UHGV virus genome: UHGV-0171654
Origin: a virus
Reading direction: 5' to 3' (one strand)
Length of the DNA stretch: 46,059 nt
The stretch's first letter is position 1; every line of letters begins with the position of its first letter. Both the position numbers and the translations under genes were made by a program. Under the pieces are notes generated by a model, which was given only the letters and a program-made list of their open reading frames with translations, did not search any database and was not told the origin of the DNA. Positions 37,645 to 46,059 of this stretch are shown in pieces.

Positions 37645-38322
37645 ATGGAAAGTAAAGAGATTAGAAAAGCGAATCTGGAGAACTTGGTCGAACAGCAGCG
37701 TGTAGATGCAGGCCTGAACAAGGCTCAATTTGCAGAGCTTATTGATACAAGCCCAGCAGCACTGAGTCAGCTGATAGGTGATAAACCACATAGAAACATC
37801 GGCGATAAAATGGCTCGTAAAATTGAATCTGCACTCAATCTGCCTTTCGGCTGGATGGATACATTACATGCCAAAGAGAACCACACGAACGTAACATTCA
37901 GATCAGTAAATACCCCTCAGGGGAGCTACCCAGTGATCAGTTGGGTTAGTGCAGGGCAGTGGATGGAAGCTGTGGAGCCTTATCACCGAAGAGCGATTGA
38001 CCGCTGGTATGAAACAACCGTCGAATGCTCTGACGATTCTTTCTGGTTAGATGTCCACGGCGATTCTATGACATCTCCTGTCGGCCTTAGCATTCCTGAA
38101 GGTGCAGCTATCCTGGTTGATCCTGAAGTAGAGCCTATTAATGGGAAATTGGTTGTGGCCAAGCTGGAAGGCGATAATGAAGCCACTTTCAAAAAGTTAG
38201 TAATTGATGCTGGAAGGCGCTTCCTGAAGCCCTTAAACCCACAGTACCCGATGATTGAGATTAACGGAAACTGTAGGATTGTAGGGGTTGTCGTCGATGC
38301 TAAAATATTGAATATTCCCTGA
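37645..38322 (+). CDS. cI: CI-like repressor with C-terminal S24 (LexA-like) autopeptidase domain
   Basis: Start reassigned to [11 protein letters not shown] (downstream of operators); HTH [19 protein letters not shown]; C-terminal ...[15 protein letters not shown]...[39 protein letters not shown] parallels lambda cI FWLEVEGNSMTAP...[25 protein letters not shown]. Confidence 0.8.
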   Translation: [225 protein letters not shown]

Positions 38323-38335
38323 TAATCCCCCTTTA

Positions 38336-38362
38336 GCAAACCCGCTCCGGCGGGTTTTTTTA
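38336..38362 (+). terminator. rho-independent terminator after cI
   Basis: AAACCCGC-TCCG-GCGGGTTT followed by TTTTT. Confidence 0.65.
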
Positions 38363-38417
38363 TGCCTAAAACTCCCTCTTACACCTCATTTAAAAAATTA
38401 AACCCTAAGTAAATCAA

Positions 38418-38484
38418 AATGCTAAATACCATACAGCGATAATTTAGCATTTTGCTATTGCCATTTATTTAGCATTACGCTAAA
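38418..38484. promoter_or_regulatory. OL-like operator cluster / PL region driving the plus-strand early-left operon
   Basis: ATTTAGCattacGCTAAAT perfect 19-bp palindrome (38467-38485), TTTAGCattttGCTATT (38443-38459), half-site GCTAAAT (38421-38427); same motif as at OR. Confidence 0.45.
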
Positions 38485-38564
38485 TTTAACCCATCCAAAC
38501 AACACCGGCATCGCCGGATAACAGAAAAACGTTCCGCTGGCCGGCGATAAGGCAAGGTGAAGAG

Positions 38565-38675
38565 ATGATCCGAGAACATGAAGTTCCTGCATGGCACCGG
38601 TTCTGCTTGAAGGTTGCTCTGCTTGTGATTGCGGTTGCGTGGGTAAGCTTTGAATTTTGCTGGGGTGTCGCATGA
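38565..38675 (+). CDS. micro-protein (36 aa, single TM helix), first ORF of PL operon
   Basis: AAGGTGAAGAGATG RBS; MIREHEVPAWHRFCLKVALLVIAVAWVSFEFCWGVA. Confidence 0.4.
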   Translation: MIREHEVPAWHRFCLKVALLVIAVAWVSFEFCWGVA

Positions 38676-38779
38676 GCAAACAAGGCATTCGTTCACTGAT
38701 TTACTGCCTGCTGGTCTGCGGCGTTATCTGGGCTGCGGCGATTATTAAAATTCTGCACGTTACGGGGGTGTTCAATGGT
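38672..38779 (+). CDS. micro-protein (35 aa, single TM helix), ATGA-coupled to upstream micro-ORF
   Basis: MSKQGIRSLIYCLLVCGVIWAAAIIKILHVTGVFNG. Confidence 0.4.
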
Positions 38780-38981
38780 TAGTCATCATTACGGAACACA
38801 GACCGTTAACCGCGGCGCCGTTCTGCCAGGGATGCTCGTTAAGCATCGGGAAAGCACCTGGACAGCATCAGCAAATAAACGCGGCCGCCTTTACCTTCAT
38901 CGCGGGATTGAGCGCACTTACACAACCGATTTGCTGGTTGAAGTTTATCTGAACGGGTTGGGGCAAGGCCTCCGCCGGTAA
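38775..38981 (+). CDS. hypothetical protein (68 aa)
   Basis: ATGG/TAG overlap with previous micro-ORF. Confidence 0.35.
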   Translation: MVSHHYGTQTVNRGAVLPGMLVKHRESTWTASANKRGRLYLHRGIERTYTTDLLVEVYLNGLGQGLRR

Positions 38982-39061
38982 TCGAACCAAAGAATTTAAC
39001 TGAGCTATCAGGCGGCTTTCATCGCGCCGGGGATTCTTACAACCAAATTTCAGGGGAAACC

Positions 39062-40066
39062 ATGAGCGAAATAATGGATTTAGTAGTCATCGAGAAAAAG
39101 AACGCGATGGCGGTTTTCACCAATAACGACCAGCTCGACCCGCTTATCGAACTAATCGAAAAAGAGGCTCGCAGCCTGGTGCCGGACGTGACCACGAAAA
39201 AAGGCCGCGATGCCATCGCATCCATGGCTCACAAGGTCGCGCGCTCTAAAACCTACATCGACAACGCAGGTAAAGACCTGGTCGCTGAGCTGAAGGCTCT
39301 GCCAAAGCAAATCGACGAAAGCCGCCGCGTTGTCCGTGAACGTCTCGATGCGCTGAAAGATGAAGTGCGTCGCCCGCTGACTGAATGGGAAGCCGAGCAG
39401 GAGCGCATTAAGGCCGAAGAAGCCATGAACGCGATGCACGCCGAAGCGCTGGAAATGAACATCAAGTTTGATCAGGAGTTGGCGGCCAAGTTCGAAGCGG
39501 ACCACGAAATGGCCCTGCTGATGGATAAAGATATTGACCGCGAACGCGCAGATAAAGCAGCCGAAGCCGAACGCCAGCGCATTGCCCGCGAAGAAGAGAT
39601 TAAGCGCCAGGCGGAAGAGAAAGCCAAGCGTGAAGCAGCTGAAAAGGCACAGCGTGAAATTGACGCTGCGGCAGCCAGAGAGCGCGAGGCGATTTTGGCA
39701 AAAGAGCGCGCAGAACGTGAGCGCATTGAAGCTCAGCAGCGGGCCGAACGCGAACAGCGAGAAGCAGCTGAACGTGCTGAGCGTGAAAAACAGGCCGCCG
39801 TGGAATCTGAGCGCCGCAAGGCTCAGGAAGAAGCCGACCGCATCCGCCGAGAGGCAGAGCAACGCGAACAGGCCCGACTTGCCGAAGAGAAGCGCAAAGC
39901 CGATGAGCAGGCGCGCCGCGAAGCCGACGTTAAGCACCGCAAAACTGTCGGTACTGAAATCGTCAAGGCTTTGCTGGCCAATACCAGCTTATCCCGCGAT
40001 CAGGCGATTGAAGTCCTGACTGCGATTAAAGACGGAAATATCCCACATACCGGGATCAGCTACTGA
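39062..40066 (+). CDS. hypothetical protein with long E/R/K/A-rich predicted single alpha-helix (334 aa), recombination-module gene
   Basis: CAGGGGAAACCATG RBS; ~170-aa stretch of [32 protein letters not shown]... repeats. Confidence 0.55.
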   Translation: MSEIMDLVVIEKKNAMAVFTNNDQLDPLIELIEKEARSLVPDVTTKKGRDAIASMAHKVARSKTYIDNAGKDLVAELKALPKQIDESRRVVRERLDALKDEVRRPLTEWEAEQERIKAEEAMNAMHAEALEMNIKFDQELAAKFEADHEMALLMDKDIDRERADKAAEAERQRIAREEEIKRQAEEKAKREAAEKAQREIDAAAAREREAILAKERAERERIEAQQRAEREQREAAERAEREKQAAVESERRKAQEEADRIRREAEQREQARLAEEKRKADEQARREADVKHRKTVGTEIVKALLANTSLSRDQAIEVLTAIKDGNIPHTGISY

Positions 40067-40067
40067 G

Positions 40068-40370
40068 GTGTTTATGGCGGCTTATCACTTTCAGGACCGG
40101 ATTGAAGAGCAATCCTGGAACCAGCATTACCAGCAATTGGCGCGCGAAGAGAAAGAATCTGAGCTCGCTGATGACATGGAGAAAGGTCTCCCTCTCCGGT
40201 TGCTGGAATCGCTTTGCATTGACGAACTTCAACGCCGCGGCGCCAGCAAACAGGCGATAAGCCGCGCATTCGACGATGACGTGGGGTTCCAGGAACGGAT
40301 GGCAGCTAACGTCCGCTACATGGTTGAAGTTATCTCCCGGCATCAACTCAACATCGAAGAGGAGAAATAA
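40068..40370 (+). CDS. hypothetical protein (~100 aa)
   Basis: Coupled ORF between ER/K protein and annealase. Confidence 0.4.
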   Translation: MFMAAYHFQDRIEEQSWNQHYQQLAREEKESELADDMEKGLPLRLLESLCIDELQRRGASKQAISRAFDDDVGFQERMAANVRYMVEVISRHQLNIEEEK

Positions 40371-41296
40371 TGGCTACTCAACTCATCGAACAGGTATTTA
40401 GCCTAGTAAATCCACTAAAGGCTGAATTTGAGCAGGTTTGCTCTGAACCTTCTATCAATTTCAGGCGTGAATCTGAGTTCGCAATGCAGATTTTCGCCAA
40501 TAACGACTACCTGGCTAAAGTCGCCATCGGCAATCCGGTTAGCACCAGAAGTGCAGTAATGAATGTTGCCGGGATCGGCGTGTCCCTTAATCCGGCTCAG
40601 AAGCTGGCTTATCTGGTGCCGCGCAAAGGGGCTATCTGTCTCGACATCAGCTACATGGGCCTGATGCACATTGCGCAGCAATCCGGGGCTATCAAGTGGT
40701 GCCAGTCGGCAATTGTCCGTAAGAACGATCAGTTCCGCCGTGAGGGACTGGATAAGCCACCGGTTCATATTTACAACGATTTCGACACCGCAGAACAGCG
40801 CGGAGACATTGTAGGTGCATACGTCGTTATCAAAAGTGACGACGGCGACTACCTGACTCACACGATGCGCATTGCTGATATCTACGCGATTCGAGACCGC
40901 TCAGAAGCATGGAAAGCCTACAAGAACAAAGGCACATCATGCCCGTGGCTCACAGACGAAGAGCAGATGATCCTCAAGACGGTTGTTAAACAGGCTGCGA
41001 AATATTGGCCACGCCGTGAGCGCCTGGACGCGGCTATAGACCACGTGAACACCGAAAGCGAAGAAGGTATTAACTTTTCAGCACAACGCCAGCTAGAACG
41101 CGATGTTACCCCGGCAGAAACAGCAATCATCAAAGAGATTAACGACGTTCTTATCGCGATGAATAAGACATGGGATGACGACCTGCTGCCCCTGTGTTCA
41201 AAAATATTCCGCCGTGACATTCGTGAATCATCAGAACTGACTCAAGAAGAGGCGGTTAAGGCTCTCGGATTTCTGAAAAATAAGGCGGCCGCATGA
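40370..41296 (+). CDS. single-strand annealing protein (RecT/Redbeta superfamily) with lambda Bet-type C-terminal tail
   Basis: Central [23 protein letters not shown] resembles RecT GPWVTHWEEMAKKTAIRRLFKYLP; C-terminal ...[42 protein letters not shown] nearly identical to lambda Bet C-terminus as recalled. Confidence 0.75.
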   Translation: MATQLIEQVFSLVNPLKAEFEQVCSEPSINFRRESEFAMQIFANNDYLAKVAIGNPVSTRSAVMNVAGIGVSLNPAQKLAYLVPRKGAICLDISYMGLMHIAQQSGAIKWCQSAIVRKNDQFRREGLDKPPVHIYNDFDTAEQRGDIVGAYVVIKSDDGDYLTHTMRIADIYAIRDRSEAWKAYKNKGTSCPWLTDEEQMILKTVVKQAAKYWPRRERLDAAIDHVNTESEEGINFSAQRQLERDVTPAETAIIKEINDVLIAMNKTWDDDLLPLCSKIFRRDIRESSELTQEEAVKALGFLKNKAAA

Positions 41297-41973
41297 CACC
41301 TGAAATCATCTTTGCACGCACCGGCATTGACGTTACCCGCGTTGAACAGGGCGATGAAGCCTGGCACCGCTTGCGCCTCGGCGTCATAACCGCCTCAGAA
41401 GTTCACAACGTCATTTCAAAACCGAGATCTGGCACAAAGTGGACTGACATGAAAATGTCCTATTTCCACACGCTACTCGCAGAGGTTTGCACCGGTGCGG
41501 CACCGGAAGTTAACGCCAAGGCGCTGGCCTGGGGGAAACAGTACGAGGACGACGCTCGTACCCTGTTTGAGTTCACCACTGACGTGAAAGTCACCGAGTC
41601 GCCGATCCTCTTCCGCGACGAAGGCATGCGCACCGCCTGCTCACCAGACGGTCTGTGCAGTGATGGCCGCGGTCTTGAGCTGAAGTGCCCTTTCACCTCT
41701 CGCGACTTCATGAAATTCCGGCTTGGCGGCTTCGAGGCTATCAAATCTGCTTACATGGCCCAGGTGCAATTCAGCATGTGGGTAACCGGAAAGGATGCCT
41801 GGTATTTCGCGAATTATGACCCTCGCATGAAGCGAGAAGGCATCCACCACGTGGTTGTTGAGCGCGACGACAAATACATGTCCGACTTCAACGAAATGGT
41901 GCCGGAGTTCATCGAGAAGATGGACGAATCGCTGGCGGAGATAGGCTTCACCTTCGGGGAGCAGTGGAAATGA
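41293..41973 (+). CDS. exo: lambda-type 5'-3' exonuclease (Red alpha / Exo)
   Basis: [47 protein letters not shown]... near-identical along full length to lambda Exo as recalled. Confidence 0.9.
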   Translation: MTPEIIFARTGIDVTRVEQGDEAWHRLRLGVITASEVHNVISKPRSGTKWTDMKMSYFHTLLAEVCTGAAPEVNAKALAWGKQYEDDARTLFEFTTDVKVTESPILFRDEGMRTACSPDGLCSDGRGLELKCPFTSRDFMKFRLGGFEAIKSAYMAQVQFSMWVTGKDAWYFANYDPRMKREGIHHVVVERDDKYMSDFNEMVPEFIEKMDESLAEIGFTFGEQWK

Positions 41974-42128
41974 AAACTCACCACGACGGTATCACCGTTG
42001 GCAGTATCACCCTTCCCTATTCCATCAATCGCCGGGGATGGATCGCCCCAAGCGGCGACGTTATCAAAAACCCATTAAAGGCTCAGCGCCTGGCCGAGCT
42101 GATGAACAGTAAGAAGGTGGTGGCATGA
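41970..42128 (+). CDS. micro-ORF (52 aa) ATGA-coupled between exo and the N6A-methyltransferase gene
   Basis: [52 protein letters not shown]. Confidence 0.4.
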   Translation: MKTHHDGITVGSITLPYSINRRGWIAPSGDVIKNPLKAQRLAELMNSKKVVA

Positions 42129-42784
42129 GCGGAAAATACTCTCTGATTTATGCGGACCCGCCATGGGCTTATGGGAACACAATCAGCAACGGCGCCGCTG
42201 CCGAACACTACTCGACGATGCGACTCATCGACCTGAAGCGTCTGCCTGTGTGGGAGCTGGCTGCCGAAAACGCGGTGCTGGCGATGTGGTACACCGGCAC
42301 CCACAACCAGGAGGCGATCGAGCTGGCCGAGGCCTGGGGCTTTACGGTGCGCACTATGAAGGGCTTCACCTGGGTGAAGTTGAATCAGCTGGCCGAGTTA
42401 CGCATTACCAAGGCTCTGGCAGAGGGAGATGTGGCCGACTTTTACGACTTCCTCGACCTGCTGAATGCAGAGACGCGCATGAACGGCGGCAATCATACCC
42501 GCGCCAACACGGAAGACGTACTGATCGCCACCCGCGGCGCCGGGCTGGAGCGCAAGCACGCCGGCATTAAGCAGGTGGTCTACAGCCCGCTCGGCGCGCA
42601 CAGCGAGAAACCGTGGGAAGTTCGCCACCGCCTGGAACTGCTCTACGGCGACGTGCCACGAATTGAGCTTTTCAGCCGCAGCGCAGCGCCAGACTGGAGC
42701 CACTGGGGCAACCAGTGCGCCACCGCTTCCGTTGAACTGATCCCCGGCTGCGCCATCGACGTTGTGAAGGCGGAGGCAGCATGA
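42125..42784 (+). CDS. DNA N6-adenine methyltransferase, MT-A70 family
   Basis: LIYADPPWAY (DPPW catalytic motif) near N-terminus; 219 aa. Confidence 0.8.
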   Translation: MSGKYSLIYADPPWAYGNTISNGAAAEHYSTMRLIDLKRLPVWELAAENAVLAMWYTGTHNQEAIELAEAWGFTVRTMKGFTWVKLNQLAELRITKALAEGDVADFYDFLDLLNAETRMNGGNHTRANTEDVLIATRGAGLERKHAGIKQVVYSPLGAHSEKPWEVRHRLELLYGDVPRIELFSRSAAPDWSHWGNQCATASVELIPGCAIDVVKAEAA

Positions 42785-43833
42785 GCGCGGCAGCGTACTA
42801 CAACGAGATCGACCCATTCGCGGCGCAGTGGCTGCGTAACCTCATAGCCGCCGGGCATATCGCCCCGGGCGAAGTTGACGAACGGAGTATTGAAGATGTC
42901 ACACCTGACGACCTCAGAGGATTTACCCAGTGCCACTTTTTCGCCGGGATTGGTGGATGGTCATATGCTTTGCGTCTGGCCGGATGGCCGGATAACAGAC
43001 CGATTTGGACAGGAAGTTGCCCATGCCAGCCTTTCTCCTCGACTGGCAAAGGCGCTGGGTTTGGTGACGACAGACATTTGTGGCCTGCCTTTGGCTGGCT
43101 TATCAAGCAGTGCCGACCTCAGCGCATCGCTGGCGAACAAGTTGCAGGAGGTCGTGCGGATCCATGGTTCGACCTTGTACAAAATGACGTGGAAAGAATG
43201 GGCTACGCCTTCGGGCTTACGCCGTTCCCGGCTGCGGGTGTCGGGTCGCCGAACGAACGAGAGCGGGCCTACTGGGTGGCCGACGCCAACCTGCAATACG
43301 AATCCACAGCCAGAAACGAAGCGCGGACTGCAGAACCTGTCCGGAGCGGTGAAATTATCTGGCTGGCAAACTCCGCTCGCGAACGACGCGACGGGGTCGA
43401 CCCATTGCTACAGCGGAAAGAACCCGGACGGTACTCCGAAAGTCTGCCTGAAATTACCGGGAACCGTTCTACTGACGGGTTGGGTAACTCCAACGTCACG
43501 CGACTGGAAGGATTCGTCGGGAATGACGGCGCAGCGGGACGGGAAAGATCGACTGGACCAGCTGCCGCGCCAGGCTTACACCTGCGGCCCCTTGAGGTTA
43601 ACGGTTTTTGGCGAGATGCGGACTGGCTCTTTTGTCGAGATGGAAAATGGCGTCCAGTTGAACCCGGCACATTCCCGCTGGTTGATGGGGCTGCCGCACG
43701 CCTGGGACGAGTCGAGCCCGGGGTGGCAAGAGTGGCAAGCAGCAACCGCGTCGGCCGCCTGAAGGGTTACGGCAACGCCATAAACGCACAGGCAGCTGCG
43801 GCTTTCATTCGCGCTTATATGGGGGTCGCATGA
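42781..43833 (+). CDS. DNA (cytosine-5)-methyltransferase
   Basis: FFAGIGGW (motif I), GSCPCQPFSSTGK (PCQ motif IV), GEQV (ENV-like), GSPNERERAYWVA (motif VIII-like), C-terminal GYGNAINAQAAAAFI (motif X-like); ATGA overlap with upstream MTase. Confidence 0.7.
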   Translation: MSAAAYYNEIDPFAAQWLRNLIAAGHIAPGEVDERSIEDVTPDDLRGFTQCHFFAGIGGWSYALRLAGWPDNRPIWTGSCPCQPFSSTGKGAGFGDDRHLWPAFGWLIKQCRPQRIAGEQVAGGRADPWFDLVQNDVERMGYAFGLTPFPAAGVGSPNERERAYWVADANLQYESTARNEARTAEPVRSGEIIWLANSARERRDGVDPLLQRKEPGRYSESLPEITGNRSTDGLGNSNVTRLEGFVGNDGAAGRERSTGPAAAPGLHLRPLEVNGFWRDADWLFCRDGKWRPVEPGTFPLVDGAAARLGRVEPGVARVASSNRVGRLKGYGNAINAQAAAAFIRAYMGVA

Positions 43834-44051
43834 CGCCAGAAGAAAAAGAAAACGCTCTCCGCGCCCAGGCTCGTCGCTGCGCAGAAGAGATAACAAAAGC
43901 GATGAGCGTAAAGCCTAAACCGAAGTGGAACGCTGTATGCCCCCCCATCCTTCGCAAGCACTACGAGAAGGTAAAGCCAATGGGCATCAGCCTTACGGCA
44001 TTCGTCAGCAGCATTGGCCGCATGAATGGGCGGTATGGAGTGGAATCATGA
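43830..44051 (+). CDS. hypothetical protein (73 aa)
   Basis: ATGA-coupled ORF. Confidence 0.4.
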   Translation: MTPEEKENALRAQARRCAEEITKAMSVKPKPKWNAVCPPILRKHYEKVKPMGISLTAFVSSIGRMNGRYGVES

Positions 44052-44248
44052 GCAAATACCCAAGAGTCGGCAGTGTTGCCGCCAAAAGCAAAAATACCTC
44101 TGCCAAATGCAAGTGCGGTGCAGTTGCGAAGTTTAAAACCACGGTTGAAGTAAATGTTTTCCGTGGTGATGACGAAGTGGTCTGGTCTTGTAACGAGCAT
44201 AAAAAAGACTGTTCATTTTTGGTCGACTGGCAAGGCGGTGCAGCATGA
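44048..44248 (+). CDS. small cysteine-containing protein (66 aa)
   Basis: MSKYPRVG...CKCG...CNEH; ATGA-coupled at both ends. Confidence 0.4.
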   Translation: MSKYPRVGSVAAKSKNTSAKCKCGAVAKFKTTVEVNVFRGDDEVVWSCNEHKKDCSFLVDWQGGAA

Positions 44249-44454
44249 GCAATCCCACTGATGATGAAATCCTTCAAATATTGCGAGAGCACAACTGGTG
44301 CATGACGTATGTCGTAGCCTATTGGCTGCGACAAAAATATAAGGACATCAATACTCCTTACGTGCTTCGCAGGCTGAAGAAAATGGAAATGGCAGGAAGC
44401 GTTAAGCGTGTAAAAAGTTTTTATAAGCGACAGATTCGCTGGGAGGCGGTATGA
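44245..44454 (+). CDS. hypothetical protein (69 aa)
   Basis: ATGA-coupled ORF. Confidence 0.4.
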   Translation: MSNPTDDEILQILREHNWCMTYVVAYWLRQKYKDINTPYVLRRLKKMEMAGSVKRVKSFYKRQIRWEAV

Positions 44455-44669
44455 GCGCAGAAATCATCGATCAGGCCAACGAGCTGGCAGAGCGCCGGCT
44501 GGAAATGACCATCCAGAACATGCGCATCAACCATAACGCAGTTTCAGCTACTCACTGCCGCGACTGCGGGGAAGAGATACCCGAGCGGCGCCGGGAACTG
44601 GTGGCGGGCTGCCAGCGCTGCGCTGACTGTCAAGAAGAAGAGGGATTACGCGGTAAGCATCGGAGGTGA
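44451..44669 (+). CDS. TraR/DksA-family C4 zinc-finger protein
   Basis: CRDCGEEIPERRR...CQRCADCQ four-cysteine motif in a 72-aa protein. Confidence 0.65.
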   Translation: MSAEIIDQANELAERRLEMTIQNMRINHNAVSATHCRDCGEEIPERRRELVAGCQRCADCQEEEGLRGKHRR

Positions 44670-44670
44670 T

Positions 44671-45006
44671 ATGGCGTCTGACAAACCGATAACAGCACAG
44701 CAGGCCGCCGATTTGCTCATCGTGTCTGCGCGGGTGATCTACCGCCTGATTGATTCTGGAGAGCTCGCCGGCCGCAAGGTCGGCAACAAGTACAGAACGA
44801 CCGAGGCTGCGTGTATTGCATATTTGAAAACCCCGCGCGATCCTGTCATCGCGAACGCGGGTGAACATAAAGGAGAAGTTTTATGTCAATCACCCTCAGG
44901 GGCGGCGTGTGGCACTGTCATTTCTTTACGCCGTCAGGGAAAAGAGTTAGGCGATCTCTTGGCACGGGGGACAAAAAGCAGGCGCAGGAGCTCCACGATA
45001 AGCTAA
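44671..45006 (+). CDS. xis: excisionase-like DNA-binding protein (Xis); ORF extends into int, true stop may be earlier in another isolate
   Basis: [36 protein letters not shown]... excisionase-type HTH; immediately upstream of and overlapping int. Confidence 0.55.
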   Translation: MASDKPITAQQAADLLIVSARVIYRLIDSGELAGRKVGNKYRTTEAACIAYLKTPRDPVIANAGEHKGEVLCQSPSGAACGTVISLRRQGKELGDLLARGTKSRRRSSTIS

Positions 45007-46046
45007 AGGCTGAAGCATGGCGGGTTGACCAGATCGGCGACCTGCCTGTCAGAACCTTTGAAGAGTGCTGTATCCGGTGGCTGCGGGAGAAAGACCACAA
45101 ACGGTCGCTGGATGATGACAAAACCAAAATAGAGTTTTGGCTGCAGCATTTTTCCGGCCACGACGTTTCGAAAATAACGGCGGAGGAAATTCACGAAGCC
45201 GTTAACGGGATGATTAACCGTAAGCACCTGCAGGTGTGGGAGAGTAAACGTGATGCCGCGTTGAGGAAGGGAAGGCCGATTCCGGAGTACAAGCCACGGC
45301 AGGTTTCTCAGGCGACGAAGGCGCAGCACCTTTCCTTCATTAGGTCCTTGCTCAGGGCCGCGGCGAATGACTGGGGCTGGATAAAAACGGCGCCAGTTAT
45401 CAAAACCCGCAAGCCAATCAGTAAGCGAATACGGTGGCTGACCAGAGAAGAAGCTGAACGGTTGATCGAGTGCATGCCGGAGAGCATTAAACCAGTGGTG
45501 ATATTTGCACTGGCAACCGGCCTGCGCCGCTCAAACATCATCGGGCTTGAGTGGCAGCAGGTCGATATGCAGAGAAAGGTTGCATGGGTAAATCCGGAGA
45601 ACGCAAAAGCGGGCAAGGCGATTGGCGTAGCTCTGAATGATACCGCATGCAGGGTATTAAGGGATCAGATAGGGAAGCACTCCCGGTGGGTGTTCGTTCA
45701 CACGACGGCAAAACATCGCCCGGATGGAACGCTGACGCCCGCCGTGAGAAAAATGCGAGTGGATGACAATAACGCCTGGCGCGCCGGACTGAAAAAAGCG
45801 GGGATAGAGGATTTCCGTTTTCACGACCTCCGGCATACCTGGGCGAGCTGGTTAATCCAGTCCGGTGTCCCGCTTTCTGTTTTGCAGGAAATGGGCGGAT
45901 GGGAGAGCATCGAGATGGTGCGCCGTTATGCTCACCTGGCACCAAACCATTTGACCGAGCACGCACGGAAAATTGACGCCATTTTTGGCGCTAGCGACAC
46001 AAATACGACACAAGAAGGAAATCAGGCTGGACTAAAACTTGCGTAA
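44883..46046 (+). CDS. int: tyrosine site-specific integrase
   Basis: [11 protein letters not shown] (Arg box), [26 protein letters not shown] (catalytic Tyr) motifs; GGAGAAGTTTTATG RBS; terminal position next to expected att/tRNA. Confidence 0.9.
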   Translation: MSITLRGGVWHCHFFTPSGKRVRRSLGTGDKKQAQELHDKLKAEAWRVDQIGDLPVRTFEECCIRWLREKDHKRSLDDDKTKIEFWLQHFSGHDVSKITAEEIHEAVNGMINRKHLQVWESKRDAALRKGRPIPEYKPRQVSQATKAQHLSFIRSLLRAAANDWGWIKTAPVIKTRKPISKRIRWLTREEAERLIECMPESIKPVVIFALATGLRRSNIIGLEWQQVDMQRKVAWVNPENAKAGKAIGVALNDTACRVLRDQIGKHSRWVFVHTTAKHRPDGTLTPAVRKMRVDDNNAWRAGLKKAGIEDFRFHDLRHTWASWLIQSGVPLSVLQEMGGWESIEMVRRYAHLAPNHLTEHARKIDAIFGASDTNTTQEGNQAGLKLA

Positions 46047-46059
46047 GTGATTGTTTCTT

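Noticed and set aside
39152-39937. 261-aa minus-strand ORF antisense to the ER/K-rich protein
   Set aside because: Mirror-image low-complexity (Leu/Phe/Ala/Gly-rich) translation of the charged-helix repeats on the opposite strand

Overview
This ~46 kb window is almost entirely one intact temperate prophage on a mosaic (lambda-like early region, Mu-like virion genes) plan, running from an attR-like tRNA-Arg(UCU) 3' fragment at nt 3-47 to a tyrosine integrase at the right edge. From right to left it carries: int/xis and a plus-strand PL-type operon (micro-ORFs, TraR/DksA, N6A- and C5-methyltransferases, lambda Exo, RecT/Bet-type annealase); a lambda-like immunity region (cI plus-strand, Cro-like and CII-like minus-strand, 17-bp TTTAGC-N5-GCTAAA operators); O with an internal iteron origin, P, Ren-like, Nin-region genes (NinB, NinG, NinI-type phosphatase) and a lambda-Q-family antiterminator; a Q-responsive late region with tandem terminators; a lysis cassette (holin, GH108 endolysin, small TM protein); a reverse-oriented KTSC-domain island; and Mu-like head genes followed by a myovirus tail/baseplate module ending in a 1195-aa tail spike. 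Observations of most interest: (1) the portal has a C-terminal ~145-aa domain with two H-x-[ST]-x motifs, i.e. a 2H-phosphoesterase (Acb1/LigT-like) fold fused behind an acidic linker; (2) terminator-insulated morons sit inside the tail module (a low-GC lipoprotein, a Rha-family regulator); (3) the tail spike has four tandem ~145-aa repeats and an Asp-box domain; (4) Q has a duplicated CxxCxGxG zinc module; (5) PL is followed by tiny TM peptides; (6) many sub-60-aa ATGA-coupled micro-ORFs are absent from the ORF track; (7) a second frame across the C5-MTase carries repeated W-x-TP motifs. All functional calls are from motif and sequence recognition by eye, without database searches.
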